Below the pieces are notes generated by a model. That model was not told the DNA's origin. It was given only the letters and a program-made list of their open reading frames with translations, and ran no database searches. DNA of 63,313 nucleotides, filler included, from Octopus bimaculoides (taxonomy: Eukaryota): NCBI RefSeq assembly GCF_001194135.2. It is 4 parts of 4 records of this genome, joined end to end, with 100 filler letters (N's around TTAATTAATTAA, not from the genome) between each part and the next. Parts side by side here need not be neighbours in the genome. Positions count along the whole stretch, not along the records: positions 1 to 23,035 come from NC_068988.1; 3 more parts are not named here. One strand, written 5' to 3'. How positions within the stretch are numbered: position 1 is the first letter of the stretch; each line of letters starts with the position of its first letter. Both the position numbers and the translations under genes were made by a program. Positions 1 to 12,439 of this stretch are shown piece after piece.

Positions 1-481
1 TATACACACATGCACACACACCTCTCACATACACAATACTCACTCATATACATAACACATACGCACGCACGGAAACATACACAATATACACATACAGGCA
101 CGCACAAAAAATATACACACACGCGCACACGGAAACACATACAGACACACATAAACACACACAAACCCGTACCTAACACTCAAAATCCCACACACACACG
201 CACACACCCACATACACACACACTTCTCACCAACACTACACACTCACACAGACACGCATACAATCATACACACATGGGCATAAACAACACACGCATATAC
301 AATAGCAAACGCACGCACACACACGTACACAGCAACGCACATACACACAACATACACATACACACAAACACACACGCATGCACAGAAAACATACACACAC
401 ACACACGCGCACACGGAAACACATACAGACACACATAAACACACACAAACCCGTACCTAACACTCAAAATCCCACACACAC
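1..481. repeat. CA-rich complex microsatellite with an internal ~80-bp direct duplication, running into an N gap
   Basis: The stretch ACACGCGCACACGGAAACACATACAGACAC...CAAAATCCCACACACAC occurs at ~119-200 and again at ~402-481. The H/T- and C/V-rich ORFs are low-complexity translations. Confidence 0.85.
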
Positions 482-1228
482 NNNNNNNNNNNNNNNNNNN
501 NNNNNNNNNNNNNNNNNNNNNNNNNNNNNNNNNNNNNNNNNNNNNNNNNNNNNNNNNNNNNNNNNNNNNNNNNNNNNNNNNNNNNNNNNNNNNNNNNNNN
601 NNNNNNNNNNNNNNNNNNNNNNNNNNNNNNNNNNNNNNNNNNNNNNNNNNNNNNNNNNNNNNNNNNNNNNNNNNNNNNNNNNNNNNNNNNNNNNNNNNNN
701 NNNNNNNNNNNNNNNNNNNNNNNNNNNNNNNNNNNNNNNNNNNNNNNNNNNNNNNNNNNNNNNNNNNNNNNNNNNNNNNNNNNNNNNNNNNNNNNNNNNN
801 NNNNNNNNNNNNNNNNNNNNNNNNNNNNNNNNNNNNNNNNNNNNNNNNNNNNNNNNNNNNNNNNNNNNNNNNNNNNNNNNNNNNNNNNNNNNNNNNNNNN
901 NNNNNNNNNNNNNNNNNNNNNNNNNNNNNNNNNNNNNNNNNNNNNNNNNNNNNNNNNNNNNNNNNNNNNNNNNNNNNNNNNNNNNNNNNNNNNNNNNNNN
1001 NNNNNNNNNNNNNNNNNNNNNNNNNNNNNNNNNNNNNNNNNNNNNNNNNNNNNNNNNNNNNNNNNNNNNNNNNNNNNNNNNNNNNNNNNNNNNNNNNNNN
1101 NNNNTTTTCTTATTCAATGAAGAGTTATGCTTGAAACATCAAACTCTATTTTTTCCTTGAGTGTCAAGCTAATACATTTTTTGTGCATGCCCTCTTGCTG
1201 TCCATTAATTTTGCTCATTTATCTCAAC

Positions 1229-1277
<49 letters not shown>

Positions 1278-1555
1278 ATGTCTCTCACATTATACACCCA
1301 TATGGACCATTTTTCTTATAAGCTAACCATTTGATTTACCCCTTCAATCTGAATGCAACATTCAAAATACAGCCTAGATTTCCCTGAGATTATACTTAAG
1401 GAGCTATACCTTCACAGAAGTACGCACTAACCTCCATACCCTCTGGAACAAGATGACTCGTGAGCTTTATTCTCCTGTCTTTATTCTTCTATCTGTTGTT
1501 TTATTCTTTTATGTACTGTGAATTCTCTGTATGGAACTTTCCTGCATACACACCT

Positions 1556-1633
1556 TGTCTCTGATGACGGAATACCCTGTGTATGGAGTTGTTGATCCAT
1601 CACCTGAGATATCTCAGGAACAGTTATAAGACA
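1556..1633 (+). ncRNA. Decayed type I hammerhead ribozyme motif
   Basis: TGTCT-CTGATGA-(~50 nt)-GGAAC-AGTT-ATA-AGACA. Stem I (TGTCT/AGACA) is intact, but GAAAC, the palindromic loop III and the GUH triplet each carry a substitution. Confidence 0.4.
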
Positions 1634-1930
1634 TTGATTACTTCTACTTCTCCATTTTTAATTCACTTTACTCTAATTAAATATTCTAAATGATCTGAGA
1701 TACTCATCCTGCTTTGGTTTTGTTTTCCATTCAATTTAATACATACATGCTGTGAACTTAGAACCTAACAGATGACCTATTATAGCACATACACAGTGTA
1801 CCTATTGGTTAAGATCATCAGTGAACTAAACCCCTCATATTTTTTATATATATATGATGAAAAAATACTTTAACACATCTTTAATGATCACTCACAATTG
1901 CTTTTGTACCAACTCTACTTTACACAAAAT

Positions 1931-3198
1931 TAGAAGTGAAAGTTTACATGATACTTGCGTTTTAAGATATTAAAGTGGCACTTTGTCAGACTTGCATCAA
2001 ACGTCACTCTTACATTAGATACTCCCCTTGGGAGTTCACACACTTCTTCCTGCAGTTCTGCTGCTGCTGGTAACACCACTGGAATGTTATGGAACTCCAC
2101 TGTCACTTTTCTCATAATTTCTTCTCAAGACTCACTTTCAGCATGGTTTTCAAATTGGGGAAGAGCCAGAAGTCACATGGTGCCAAGTCAGGACAATACA
2201 GAGCCTGTTGAACAAGTGGTGTATTGTTCTTGACCAGCAAAGCTTGAATTATGTTGGTGAAATGAGCACCATTGTGGTGTAGTTTCCAATTCTTTGCTGC
2301 CTACATGTCCAGCAGCTTCTGATTCACAGCATCTCGAAGGTGACATATTACCTCCAGGTAGTATTCTTTACTGATTGTTTGGTCTTGTCATATGTATTCC
2401 TAATGCCAATACCACAGCATAGAAACATTACCTCCACATTACTGCAAATCTGTTGCACTTTTTGGGACCTTGGTGATGATAAATGCTTCTCTTGGGAGAA
2501 CTGGAACTTGGTTTCTGGTTTGTAATCATAAACCCATGTCACATCACCAGTGATGATGGCCTTCATGAAGTCTGGTTCATAGTTTGCACAGTCTAACATG
2601 TCCTGAGCGATTTTCATGTAGAGTTGCTTCTGCTGCTCTGCCAGCACCTTGGGGGAAAATTCCACTAATACTCTCTACATGCAAAAATCTTCCATTAAAA
2701 TGGAATGCACAGTTTCTGTGCTTGTTCCCACTTCATGTGCAAATTCCTGAACTGCTACAGGACAGCCTTCCATAACTATTTGCCAAATCTTTTCAAATAG
2801 CTGCTCGTTACAGCTTGTGGGTTATCTACCTGAGTGTGTTACATTTCCACTGAGGCACAGCCATGTCTGAGGCAGTTGTACCACCCCTTGATCTGAGTTT
2901 TGCTCATGACGGATCTTCTGGATGGTTTTTGCTTCAGTATTGCCAAGCTTTTGGCAAAACTTGATCCAATATCTCTGCTAAATGTGTTCTGTCAGCTTGC
3001 ATGCAAATGAAAATCTGACAAGCAAGCACTACACATCTGTACATTTAGCATAAAAGCCAGGAACTGTCAAGGACTACTGGTGCAAAAATTATCACATATG
3101 TGCTGGAAGGGTGGCATCACTTCCCACCCAGAGGATTTTGCCCACACAACATTACTTCTTGCAGGAATAAATTAAGTTGAGTATCTTTTGAGTGCACT

Positions 3199-3202
<4 letters not shown>
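1931..3202 (-). mobile_element. Mariner (DD34D-type) DNA transposon, decayed, near full length
   Basis: Minus-strand peptides IITGDVTWVYDYKPETK (first catalytic Asp region), YCPDLAPCDFWLFPNLK and ...KKCVNSQGEYL in shifted frames. The terminus reads TACGAAGTGCACTCAAAAG from 3202 on the minus strand, with a degenerate counterpart near 1931. Length is ~1.27 kb. Confidence 0.85.
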
Positions 3203-3270
<68 letters not shown>

Positions 3271-3929
3271 TTCTTCTATTAAAGCTGCAAAAACATGTCA
3301 TGTTCTTGCAGCTTTAACAAAAAAAATATTACTCTACTCTTGGTATTTGAGTACTAATATTTTTCTACCTAGTTTTGCATTTATGTGCTTACTTGTGTAT
3401 ATATTTATTTATATATAGCTTTTGTTTATGGTTCCTGCAAACAATACATTCTGAACTAGAGGGAATGTTTTAGTGTAAAAGCCAAATAAATAAAAAATTA
3501 AGTCGGTAACAGGAAGGGCATCGAGCTATAGAAGACTACTTCAATAAATCTTGTGACTCCATGCTAGCATGGGAAAAGTTGTCATAAAATCAATTGTGTA
3601 TAGATGTGTGTATATACGTAGACCCCACCTCACCACACACAAATATATATGTATATATAAAATATATATATATAGTAATAAAGATGAAACAAATAAATAA
3701 TTGATATTAGTTATGTATGTATGATATGTTACAGCAGAGTAAGTGCATGTATGTTGATGTTTTGGATATATTAAAAAAAAGTTGTTTGATATTGCTTGGA
3801 TAAATGAAAAGTAGTTGGAAGCAAACAATTCAGACTTAGCAGAAATTTGAAAAATATCTCTTAATAACAATGATGCATTTGAAGGTATCCCCAATGAAAT
3901 TAAATATAGATAGATAGAGAGGATTTAAA

Positions 3930-3991
3930 CATATATAAAAATTAAATATGTACATATGAAGTATATATATATGTGTATGTATATATGTACA

Positions 3992-4036
<45 letters not shown>

Positions 4037-4189
4037 TACATAAATATTCATATATGCATGTTTGTTTGTGAGTATATGTGTGTGTGTGTGTGTGTGTGCG
4101 TGTGTGTGTGTGCATACAATACATATATATTCATTTATACATATTTGACTGTGTGTAAATGTATTTATGTATGTATGTATATATATATG

Positions 4190-4274
<85 letters not shown>

Positions 4275-4417
4275 ATATATGTATATATATGTATATATAA
4301 TACATATATATATATATTTATTCATACATATGTATATATATCTATATATACATACACATGTACCTACATATACACATGCATGCATACTCACAAATATATT
4401 TGTATTATTATCTACGC

Positions 4418-4456
<39 letters not shown>
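3930..4456. repeat. Compound (AT)n/(AC)n/(GT)n/(ATGT)n microsatellite block
   Basis: Directly visible di- and tetranucleotide runs. Confidence 0.95.
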
Positions 4457-4458
<2 letters not shown>

Positions 4459-5029
4459 TAGGAAGTAAGAATAGAAAGAAACTTAATGTAAAACAAACAT
4501 GCTAGAAATGATTGAACAGGTGAAACAAGTAATTGTCTGTGAAGGACAATAATAGAAATATTTGAAAATGTCTCACAGCAGTAATAAATGGAAATAAATT
4601 GTTCGTGGGGAATGAATTAAATCCTTTAGGGAAATAAGGAAAATAAATTGTATACCAATAGATGAGAACCTTAAAAAGAATGAATGCAGTAAATCTGTAG
4701 AGTAATGAAGCGAGAAAGAAGGCAGGATGTTTAATGAATAAACACTGTCCCTGTGGATTAAGACTACTGAGAAGAAATGAGATAAAACTTTATAAAACAC
4801 ACCAACAAAATCAAGAATATTGATGCAAATCATGAGAATACAAATAAAAGTAAGTCAATGACGTCAGGTATTGATGAGATTGAACTGATTTGATTTAATC
4901 AATTGATATCCTAAATTGAAAGTAAAGATAGTGAAGATGAGTGGCCCTTCTAAAGCTGCTTGACAGTTCATACAAAGACAATTATTGTTTCTAAAAGAAG
5001 ACAGGATCTGCTGTCCTCAGTGATACCAG

Positions 5030-5070
<41 letters not shown>

Positions 5071-6333
5071 CAAATAATGAGCTAAATTGAGAATGGAGGA
5101 TAATTAGTACTGGTGATAAACGTCTTGTGAATACAATCCTCCACGTCTGAGACTGCGGTTTTGCTTTTGCACAGACAACATTTCTTACCACTTCCAAAAT
5201 TAGACTATCTGAATGACTGGTAGGGAGATTCTCATGAAGACACTGCAAACTTCTGGCCCAGAGGCTTACTGCATCCTTACATTGCATCTTCTATCCCTGC
5301 TACTGTGACCTTCGCTTTTCAAATCTAACTGATCTCTTACAACCTCAACTCAGATCCATCCTTACTGAGCCTGTCCTTTACTTTGCATACCCTTCATTGT
5401 TGACATTTCTTTGACTGATCTTCCCAGAAGATCAGTCCCTTGGAAAATCTTCCTGCTGTTTTTTTTTTTTTTTTGTAGCCACCAACTTACCACTGGGGAA
5501 GAGGAACAGCAACCATATCACTCGTTAATCAAAAATGCACATGATTTAGATTCAACCCTCTTTATCAGACAAAAACCAATAAATTGAAGATTAAATTATA
5601 TAATAGAAACTGACATGTGCAAAGATCAAATTCTGGCAGAATAATTCAACAACAGACTGTTGGGAAAAGAAATAACAAATATACAAAAAAAAAAAAAAAC
5701 ACTTTGACTTAACAGACTAATGACTATTGGTTTTCTGTTTAGGTAATTAGATTATTGTAGCATTTAATACTGAATTAGGAAGAAACTATAACAATAATAG
5801 CATGATAAATAAGACTGAAATCCCATCTAGTATATATTTAAATACCATTATGTTAATGTGTTGTGGCAAGATAAAATATCTGATAAACATGACATATGTC
5901 TGATATTATCAATGCTTGTGTCTTGAAACAAAATAACAAAAGAATTCATACTGGGTCTATATTAGCTCTGTTCTGTTCATTAGTGGTAAGGAGTGGTTTG
6001 AGATATGATATTTCTCTGGCAAATGAATTCTATTATTTAGAAATATTAGAGTCTAAGATTCAATGTTGGTAAACTCATCCTTATCTTTTTTTGCCAAATC
6101 AGATTTGAGTGTTGTAAAAGCAATAACAACAAAAAAAATAATAAACCAAAAAACCAACACCATATCATTTGCAAAGAACACAGAGAAAAAGAAATCTAAG
6201 GGTGAGTATTCCAAAACTGTATGGTTTACTTTGGCCATACTATAACAGCTCACACATATTAATACATATATACATACACACACACACACACATATATATA
6301 TACATAGAATATATATACATAAATATATATATG

Positions 6334-6418
<85 letters not shown>

Positions 6419-6458
6419 GTACGTGTGTGTGTGTGTGTGTGTGTACATATGTATATAT

Positions 6459-6796
6459 GCATAAGTGGGTACAGGACATCACCAATAGTAAACAACATGA
6501 AATATGAAAACAAATTACTTCAATATGCAAACGAGAGTAAAAAATGGAAAACATGACAAGTAACATAAAGAACGACCCTTCATTGGTTGTCGGCTGTCTA
6601 TCTATTCCTCATAGTGAGCATTGAACGACAAATGCTCAAAATGAGGAGTAGATAGACAGCTAACAGCTGATGAAGGGTCGTTCTTTGTGTTACTTGTCCT
6701 GTTTTCCATTTGTTCCTCTCGTTGTTTGTGTATTGAAGTCATCTGTTTCATATTTCATGTTGTTTACTGTTGGTGACGTCCTGTACCCATATATGC
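6459..6796. repeat. ~340-bp fold-back palindrome; its arm is homologous to the dispersed repeat at 7176-7935 and 53388-53660
   Basis: Left arm ...GGGTACAGGACATCACC...AAAGAACGACCCTTCAT...GAGCATTG matches the reverse complement of the right arm CAAATGCTC...ATGAAGGGTCGTTCTTT...GGTGACGTCCTGTACCC. Confidence 0.9.
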
Positions 6797-6903
6797 CTCT
6801 CTGTGTGTATGTATATATATATATATTATGTGTGTGTGTGTGTGTGTGTGTATGCATATATATATATATATATTAGAAGGTTTGGAGGTGTTGTACAGGA
6901 ATT

Positions 6904-7166
6904 ATATATTAGGAAAAATAGTAAGATACTCAGATATCTGGATGATTGTACATTTACAGATTTTTATTAATATGTCACATGTTTTTATAAATCATATCTT
7001 AGCACTTGCATCTATTCTATTAGACTCTCCAGATTTTAGAGAGTCTACTTGAATAGATGCAAGCGCTAAGATATGATTTATAAAGACATGTAACATATTA
7101 ATAAAAATCTGTAAATGTACAACCATCCAGATATCTGAGTACCTTATTATTTTTTTAAATATATAT
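6904..7166. repeat. ~260-bp fold-back palindrome
   Basis: Centre TAGACTCTC-CAGATTTTA-GAGAGTCTA. The arms ATACTCAGATATCTGGATG... and ...CATCCAGATATCTGAGTAC are near-perfect inverted copies. Confidence 0.9.
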
Positions 7167-7175
7167 TTTAACGAT

Positions 7176-7935
7176 GCGTACTGCCTTAATTCTTCGAAAC
7201 GCTGAAGTTTTAATGGTGGCAGCTGATGAAGGGGATGTTTCTATGTGGCTTGCATGTTTGTTGCACCTTGTTTACCATTTTGTCCTTGTTCTTTTGCCAT
7301 GTCATGTTCCCAGTTATGTATCTATATGTACATGTATGTATATACGTTCATCTACATGTACATATGATGTACATGAACGTATATACATGATGTAGATGAA
7401 CGTATATACATACATGTACATATATATGCATATACTCATATATTGTTTGTATCACAACAGAACGCACGCGTTACCTTTATACAGTAAGTTTTAACTATTT
7501 TTCTAACGCGACTCTCTCTATTTCTATCTCCCCCACTCATTCTTCCCTCTACTGTTCTTCACCTCTACCTGTCACTATTTCTCTCTCTCTCTCTATCTCG
7601 TGTTACTCGTCCTTCGCCTCTCACCGTTCTACTACTATCTCTCTCTCTCTCTACCTTTCGTTGCTCACTTTTATTCTACTTCCTCCCCTCCTTTTCCCTC
7701 TGCTACTCTTTCTTTTCACACAGCCTTGGTCACGTGTGTCCGGCTGCTATTTTTTTTCGTTCTTGGAATCACCAAGCTTGCACGTACTTCTTTGCCCCTC
7801 CTGTACGTGCTTCACAGCGTTCAAGACATACACACTTCACATCTGGCTGTACAGCCTTTTTGTTTGTTTATTTCACCGTTTCGTTTTCCTGTCTTGTTTT
7901 CCGTCCGCCATTACCCTCCACAAAAACAATTTAAT
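7176..7935. mobile_element. Dispersed non-coding repeat family, possibly derived from a Penelope-like element (PLE); related copies at ~51860-53690 and ~55085-55900
   Basis: Shared motifs CTTCGAAACGC...GGCAGCTGATGAAGGG and ACGCG...AGTAAGTTTTAACT, followed by CT-rich tracts. The PLE origin is inferred only from the HHR-like motifs. Confidence 0.5.
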
Positions 7936-8048
7936 CTGNNNNNNNNNNNNNNNNNNNNNNNNNNNNNNNNNNNNNNNNNNNNNNNNNNNNNNNNNNNNNN
8001 NNNNNNNNNNNNNNNNNNNNNNNNNNNNNNNNNNNNNNNNNNNNNNNN

Positions 8049-9650
8049 GTGCCACCGGCACGAAGGTCAGTCAGGAGGTACTGGCAACGGCCACGCTTGA
8101 AATGGTGTAATATACGTGCCACCTGCACAGGAGCCAGTCCAGCGGTACTGGCAACAAACTCGCTCGAATGTCTTTTCACGTGCCACTGGCACAAGTGCCA
8201 GGAAGACGACGTTGGTAACGGTTACGCTCAAATAGTGCTATTTATGTGCCATCGGCACGAAAGCCAGGCAGCTGGTGCTCTGGCAACGACCACGCTCAGA
8301 CGGTGCTCTTAGTGATTTACTGGTACTGGTGCCATCACGAATATCATCATCATCATCATCATCATCATCGTTTAACGTCCGCTTTCCATGCTAGCATGGG
8401 TTGGACGATTTGACTGAGGACTGGTGAAACCGGATGGCAACACCAGGCTCCAGTCTGATTTGGCAGAGTTTCTACAGCTGGATGCCCTTCCTAACGCCAA
8501 CCACTCAGAGAGTGTAGTGGGTGCTTTTACGTGTCACCCGCACGAAAACGGCCACGCTCGAAATGGTGTCTTTTATGTGCCANNNNNNNNNNNNNNNNNN
8601 NNNNNNNNNNNNNNNNNNNNNNNNNNNNNNNNNNNNNNNNNNNNNNNNNNNNNNNNNNNNNNNNNNNNNNNNNNNNNNNNNNNNNNNNNNNNNNNNNNNN
8701 NNNNNNNNNNNNNNNNNNNNNNNNNNNNNNNNNNNNNNNNNNNNNNNNNNNNNNNNNNNNNNNNNNNNNNNNNNNNNNNNNNNNNNNNNNNNNNNNNNNN
8801 NNNNNNNNNNNNNNNNNNNNNNNNNNNNNNNNNNNNNNNNNNNNNNNNNNNNNNNNNNNNNNNNNNNNNNNNNNNNNNNNNNNNNNNNNNNNNNNNNNNN
8901 NNNNNNNNNNNNNNNNNNNNNNNNNNNNNNNNNNNNNNNNNNNNNNNNNNNNNNNNNNNNNNNNNNNNNNNNNNNNNNNNNNNNNNNNNNNNNNNNNNNN
9001 NNNNNNNNNNNNNNNNNNNNNNNNNNNNNNNNNNNNNNNNNNNNNNNNNNNNNNNNNNNNNNNNNNNNNNNNNNNNNNNNNNNNNNNNNNNNNNNNNNNN
9101 NNNNNNNNNNNNNNNNNNNNNNNNNNNNNNNNNNNNNNNNNNNNNNNNNNNNNNNNNNNNNNNNNNNNNNNNNNNNNNNNNNNNNNNNNNNNNNNNNNNN
9201 NNNNNNNNNNNNNNNNNNNNNNNNNNNNNNNNNNNNNNNNNNNNNNNNNNNNNNNNNNNNNNNNNNNNNNNNNNNNNNNNNNNNNNNNNNNNNNNNNNNN
9301 NNNNNNNNNNNNNNNNNNNNNNNNNNNNNNNNNCCTCCATTCTCACCACATGTCCATACCAGCGCAATCGTCTCTCTTGCACGCCACAACTGATGCTTCT
9401 AATGTTCAGCTTTTCTCTCAAGATACTTACACTCTGACGGGTATTCACATTGACATTACACATCCAACGGAGCATACTGGCTTCATTCCTTGCGAGCTTA
9501 CGTATGTCCTCAGCAGTTACAGCCCATGTTTCACTGCCATGTAGCATGGTTGTTCGTACGCATGCGTCATACAGTCTGCCTTTTACTCTGAGTGAGAGTC
9601 CCTTTGTCGCCAGCAGGGGTAAGAGCTCTCTAAACTTTGCCCAGGCTATT
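8049..9650 (-). mobile_element. RTE-clade LINE, 3' portion with (GAT)n tail at ~8345, interrupted by a gap
   Basis: ORF 8573..9547 reads MLHGSETWAVTAEDIRKLARNEASMLRWMC...RRLRWYGHVVRM, the RTE post-RT domain. The 3' end read on plus is CATCATCATCGTTTAACGTCCGCTTTCCATGCTAGCATGGG. Extra 3'-UTR-type subrepeats lie at 8049-8340. Confidence 0.9.
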
Positions 9651-10084
9651 CTTATTCTAGGCTATTCTTATATACAGAGAGAGAGAGAGAGAGATATACA
9701 TATACATAGACAGACAGATAGATTGATAGATACAGAGACAGGTAGATAGATAAATAGATAGATAGATAGATATGTATGTGTGTGTGTATATCATCATCAT
9801 CCTCATCATCATCATCATAATCCTCATCAACATCTTCATTCCATGCTGGCATGGTTTGGACGGTGTGACCTAAAATGGTAAGCTGGAGAGCTGCACCAGG
9901 TTCCAACATGATTTAACTAGGTCTCTATAGCTAGGTGCCCTTTTTAACACCAACCACCTTACAGTGTGCGCAGGATGGTTTTTATGGGGCACAGGCATTG
10001 TCTGCTTTCCTCATGCCACTAGCACAGGTGCCTTCTATGTGGCACTAGCGCAGGAGCTTTTTACATAACCTGGCAGAGGTGCGT

Positions 10085-10328
10085 TTTACAGCATTCTCCA
10101 ACTTAAACAAGGAGACCATCTAGAAGAGTTGCAGGAGATTCCCAAGTCGTCTGGAAGCTGTGGTTGAAAACAATGGTGATTTTATTGAATAAATTTTGTC
10201 TTTAGTATTTCAAGATGTTTTTATGCAATTTTAGTAAATATAAATACATCTGTTAAAATGTGATGTCAGTGTTATTCTCATTATTTTTTTATATACTTTA
10301 GACAACAATATACTCACCTCACCCTGTA
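10085..10328 (+). mobile_element. 3' fragment of a maT/DD37D-like Tc1/mariner element with right terminus
   Basis: Encodes ...KETI*KSCRRFPSRLEAVVENNGDFIE* and ends in CACCCTG-TA. It matches 14325-14480 on the opposite strand. Confidence 0.75.
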
Positions 10329-10838
10329 TATGTGTGTATATATACATATATATATACATATNNNNNNNNNNNNNNNNNNNNNNNNNNNNNNNNNNNNNNN
10401 NNNNNNNNNNNNNNNNNNNNNNNNNNNNNNNNNNNNNNNNNNNNNNNNNNNNNNNNNNNNNNNNNNNNNNNNNNNNNNNNNNNNNNNNNNNNNNNNNNNN
10501 NNNNNNNNNNNNNNNNNNNNNNNNNNNNNNNNNNNNNNNNNNNNNNNNNNNNNNNNNNNNNNNNNNNNNNNNNNNNNNNNNNNNNNNNNNNNNNNNNNNN
10601 NNNNNNNNNNNNNNNNNNNNNNNNNNNNNNNNNNNNNNNNNNNNNNNNNNNNNNNNNNNNNNNNNNNNNNNNNNNNATATATGTATATACATTGATATAT
10701 ATACATATACTCACATGTGTTCATTAATATTCTTTTAACATTAGGTGAGACCTTTAAGTTATGTCTAATAATCACTCGCTCATATTTATGTGACTCAGTG
10801 AAGATATATACAAATCTACATTTATATTGTATATATAA

Positions 10839-10897
<59 letters not shown>

Positions 10898-11006
10898 ATA
10901 TATCAATAATTTATATATAGATGTATATATCTATATAATATATATCAGTACTCCAGCATGGCTGCAGTCAAATGACTGAAAGAAGTAAAAGAGTAAATGC
11001 ATACAG

Positions 11007-11037
<31 letters not shown>

Positions 11038-11461
11038 GGCATGGATAGCCACCTTGGACAAGTGTTTTCCACTATTTCCTGGGATTGACCAAAGCTTTGT
11101 AGGCATGTATGTATATATGTATGTATGCATTTATATATGTATGTGTGTGTATTTGCATGTGTGTGTGTGTTTTACTGTCTCCTTGCTTGACCTGAGAGAA
11201 TGGTAGTAAGCAAGTGTTGCTACGATGCAAGAGGTGTACTTCGTTTCCAGTCTGCCATATAACACATGTATGGCCATGATGAAATATTACTAAGCAATAC
11301 GTGAAAGTTGGCAACAGGCAGGGTATCAAGCCATACTGAATGTCACTGATCCATGCAAGTGTGGAAAAGTAGATACACATTATGTGGATGATAATAATTT
11401 CAAATGAGCACTTACAACTGTATCTGATTCTTCAAGTGATTCAATTCTGTGTACATGCATA

Positions 11462-11889
11462 CCGTAAATCTTCAAGTATAGTCCGCCCTTGAGTATAACA
11501 CGCAGGGGATTTTTAGGGGGCTATGCCTCAGAAAAACCTAAACCTTGTGTATAATATGCATCCCTTCTCCAACTTGAGTCAAGGAAGTCTATATAACGTC
11601 CTTGGTTTGTAAATGTATATACGGTAATGTCCTTTATTATTATTATTGTATATATAACATAATGCAAACATGTAGCCTTTTTGTGCACTTTGTTTGCAGA
11701 AAATAAAGAAATAACAGTAATAACGTTAGTGAAAAATAAATATTAAGTAAATTGCCTTTACATATTTATCACTTAGAAAATTTTGCTTAGAAAATATTTT
11801 TCATTTTTAACCTCGTATATAGTACGCACTAGAAATTTTGACCTTTAAATTTTGGGAAAAAAGTGCGGATTATACTCGAGGATTTATGG
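11462..11889. mobile_element. 428-bp MITE, pogo/Tigger-like, with TA target duplication
   Basis: Left TA|CCGTAAATCTTCAAGTATAGTCCGC and right GCGGATTATACTCGAGGATTTATGG|TA form ~25-bp terminal inverted repeats. Confidence 0.85.
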
Positions 11890-12439
11890 TATATTTAACC
11901 AATTGCTGACATTTAGCAATGATTACACTCATTGTTTCAATATGCCATTTTCTATCATAAATAATAGTCAGCATTTTTGACATCATGGGTATACTAGTAT
12001 ATATGTATGTATTGATTTTTTTTAGATTCATAACAACACTTTTTCTCCAATACATTATTGATTTTGCATGATAGTAATTTATATTTAAATTTATTTTTAC
12101 CTTAAAATTTTGAAGAATAATTTCATAAAAACATTATTTCTTTAAAGTAATGTAATTTTTAACTTACAACTTTACTTAATTTCTGTCAAAATTTCTTTTT
12201 CCCATGATGTTCAGTTAATATTGAAATTTCCCAATTCTGTTTTTTAATGCCACCAGGAAGAACTATTTCTTCAAAATTAATTTTAAGTTACAAAATATGA
12301 TTAAAAATTAAAAGTAATGAATACATAACATACATATACATATTCAAAAACATCTCTCTTTACTTCCTCTCTCTCACTATATATATATATATATATATAC
12401 ATGCTTTGCTTCGTGTCCCAAAACCACAATGACAGGTAA

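Noticed and set aside
10-1160. Long His/Thr-, Cys/Val- or Tyr/Ile-rich ORFs here and throughout the window, and ORFs spanning X runs
   Set aside because: They are translations of microsatellites or N gaps.
1930-2115. 61-aa ORF MRKVTVEFHNIP... as a host exon
   Set aside because: It is the frameshifted C-terminus of the mariner transposase.
4991-5400. 98-aa minus-strand ORF as a host exon
   Set aside because: It has no convincing splice signals, loosely resembles a decayed LINE C-terminus and cannot be assigned.
8049-8340. CRISPR-like repeat-spacer array
   Set aside because: The context is eukaryotic, the repeats are degenerate LINE 3'-UTR modules and there are no cas genes.
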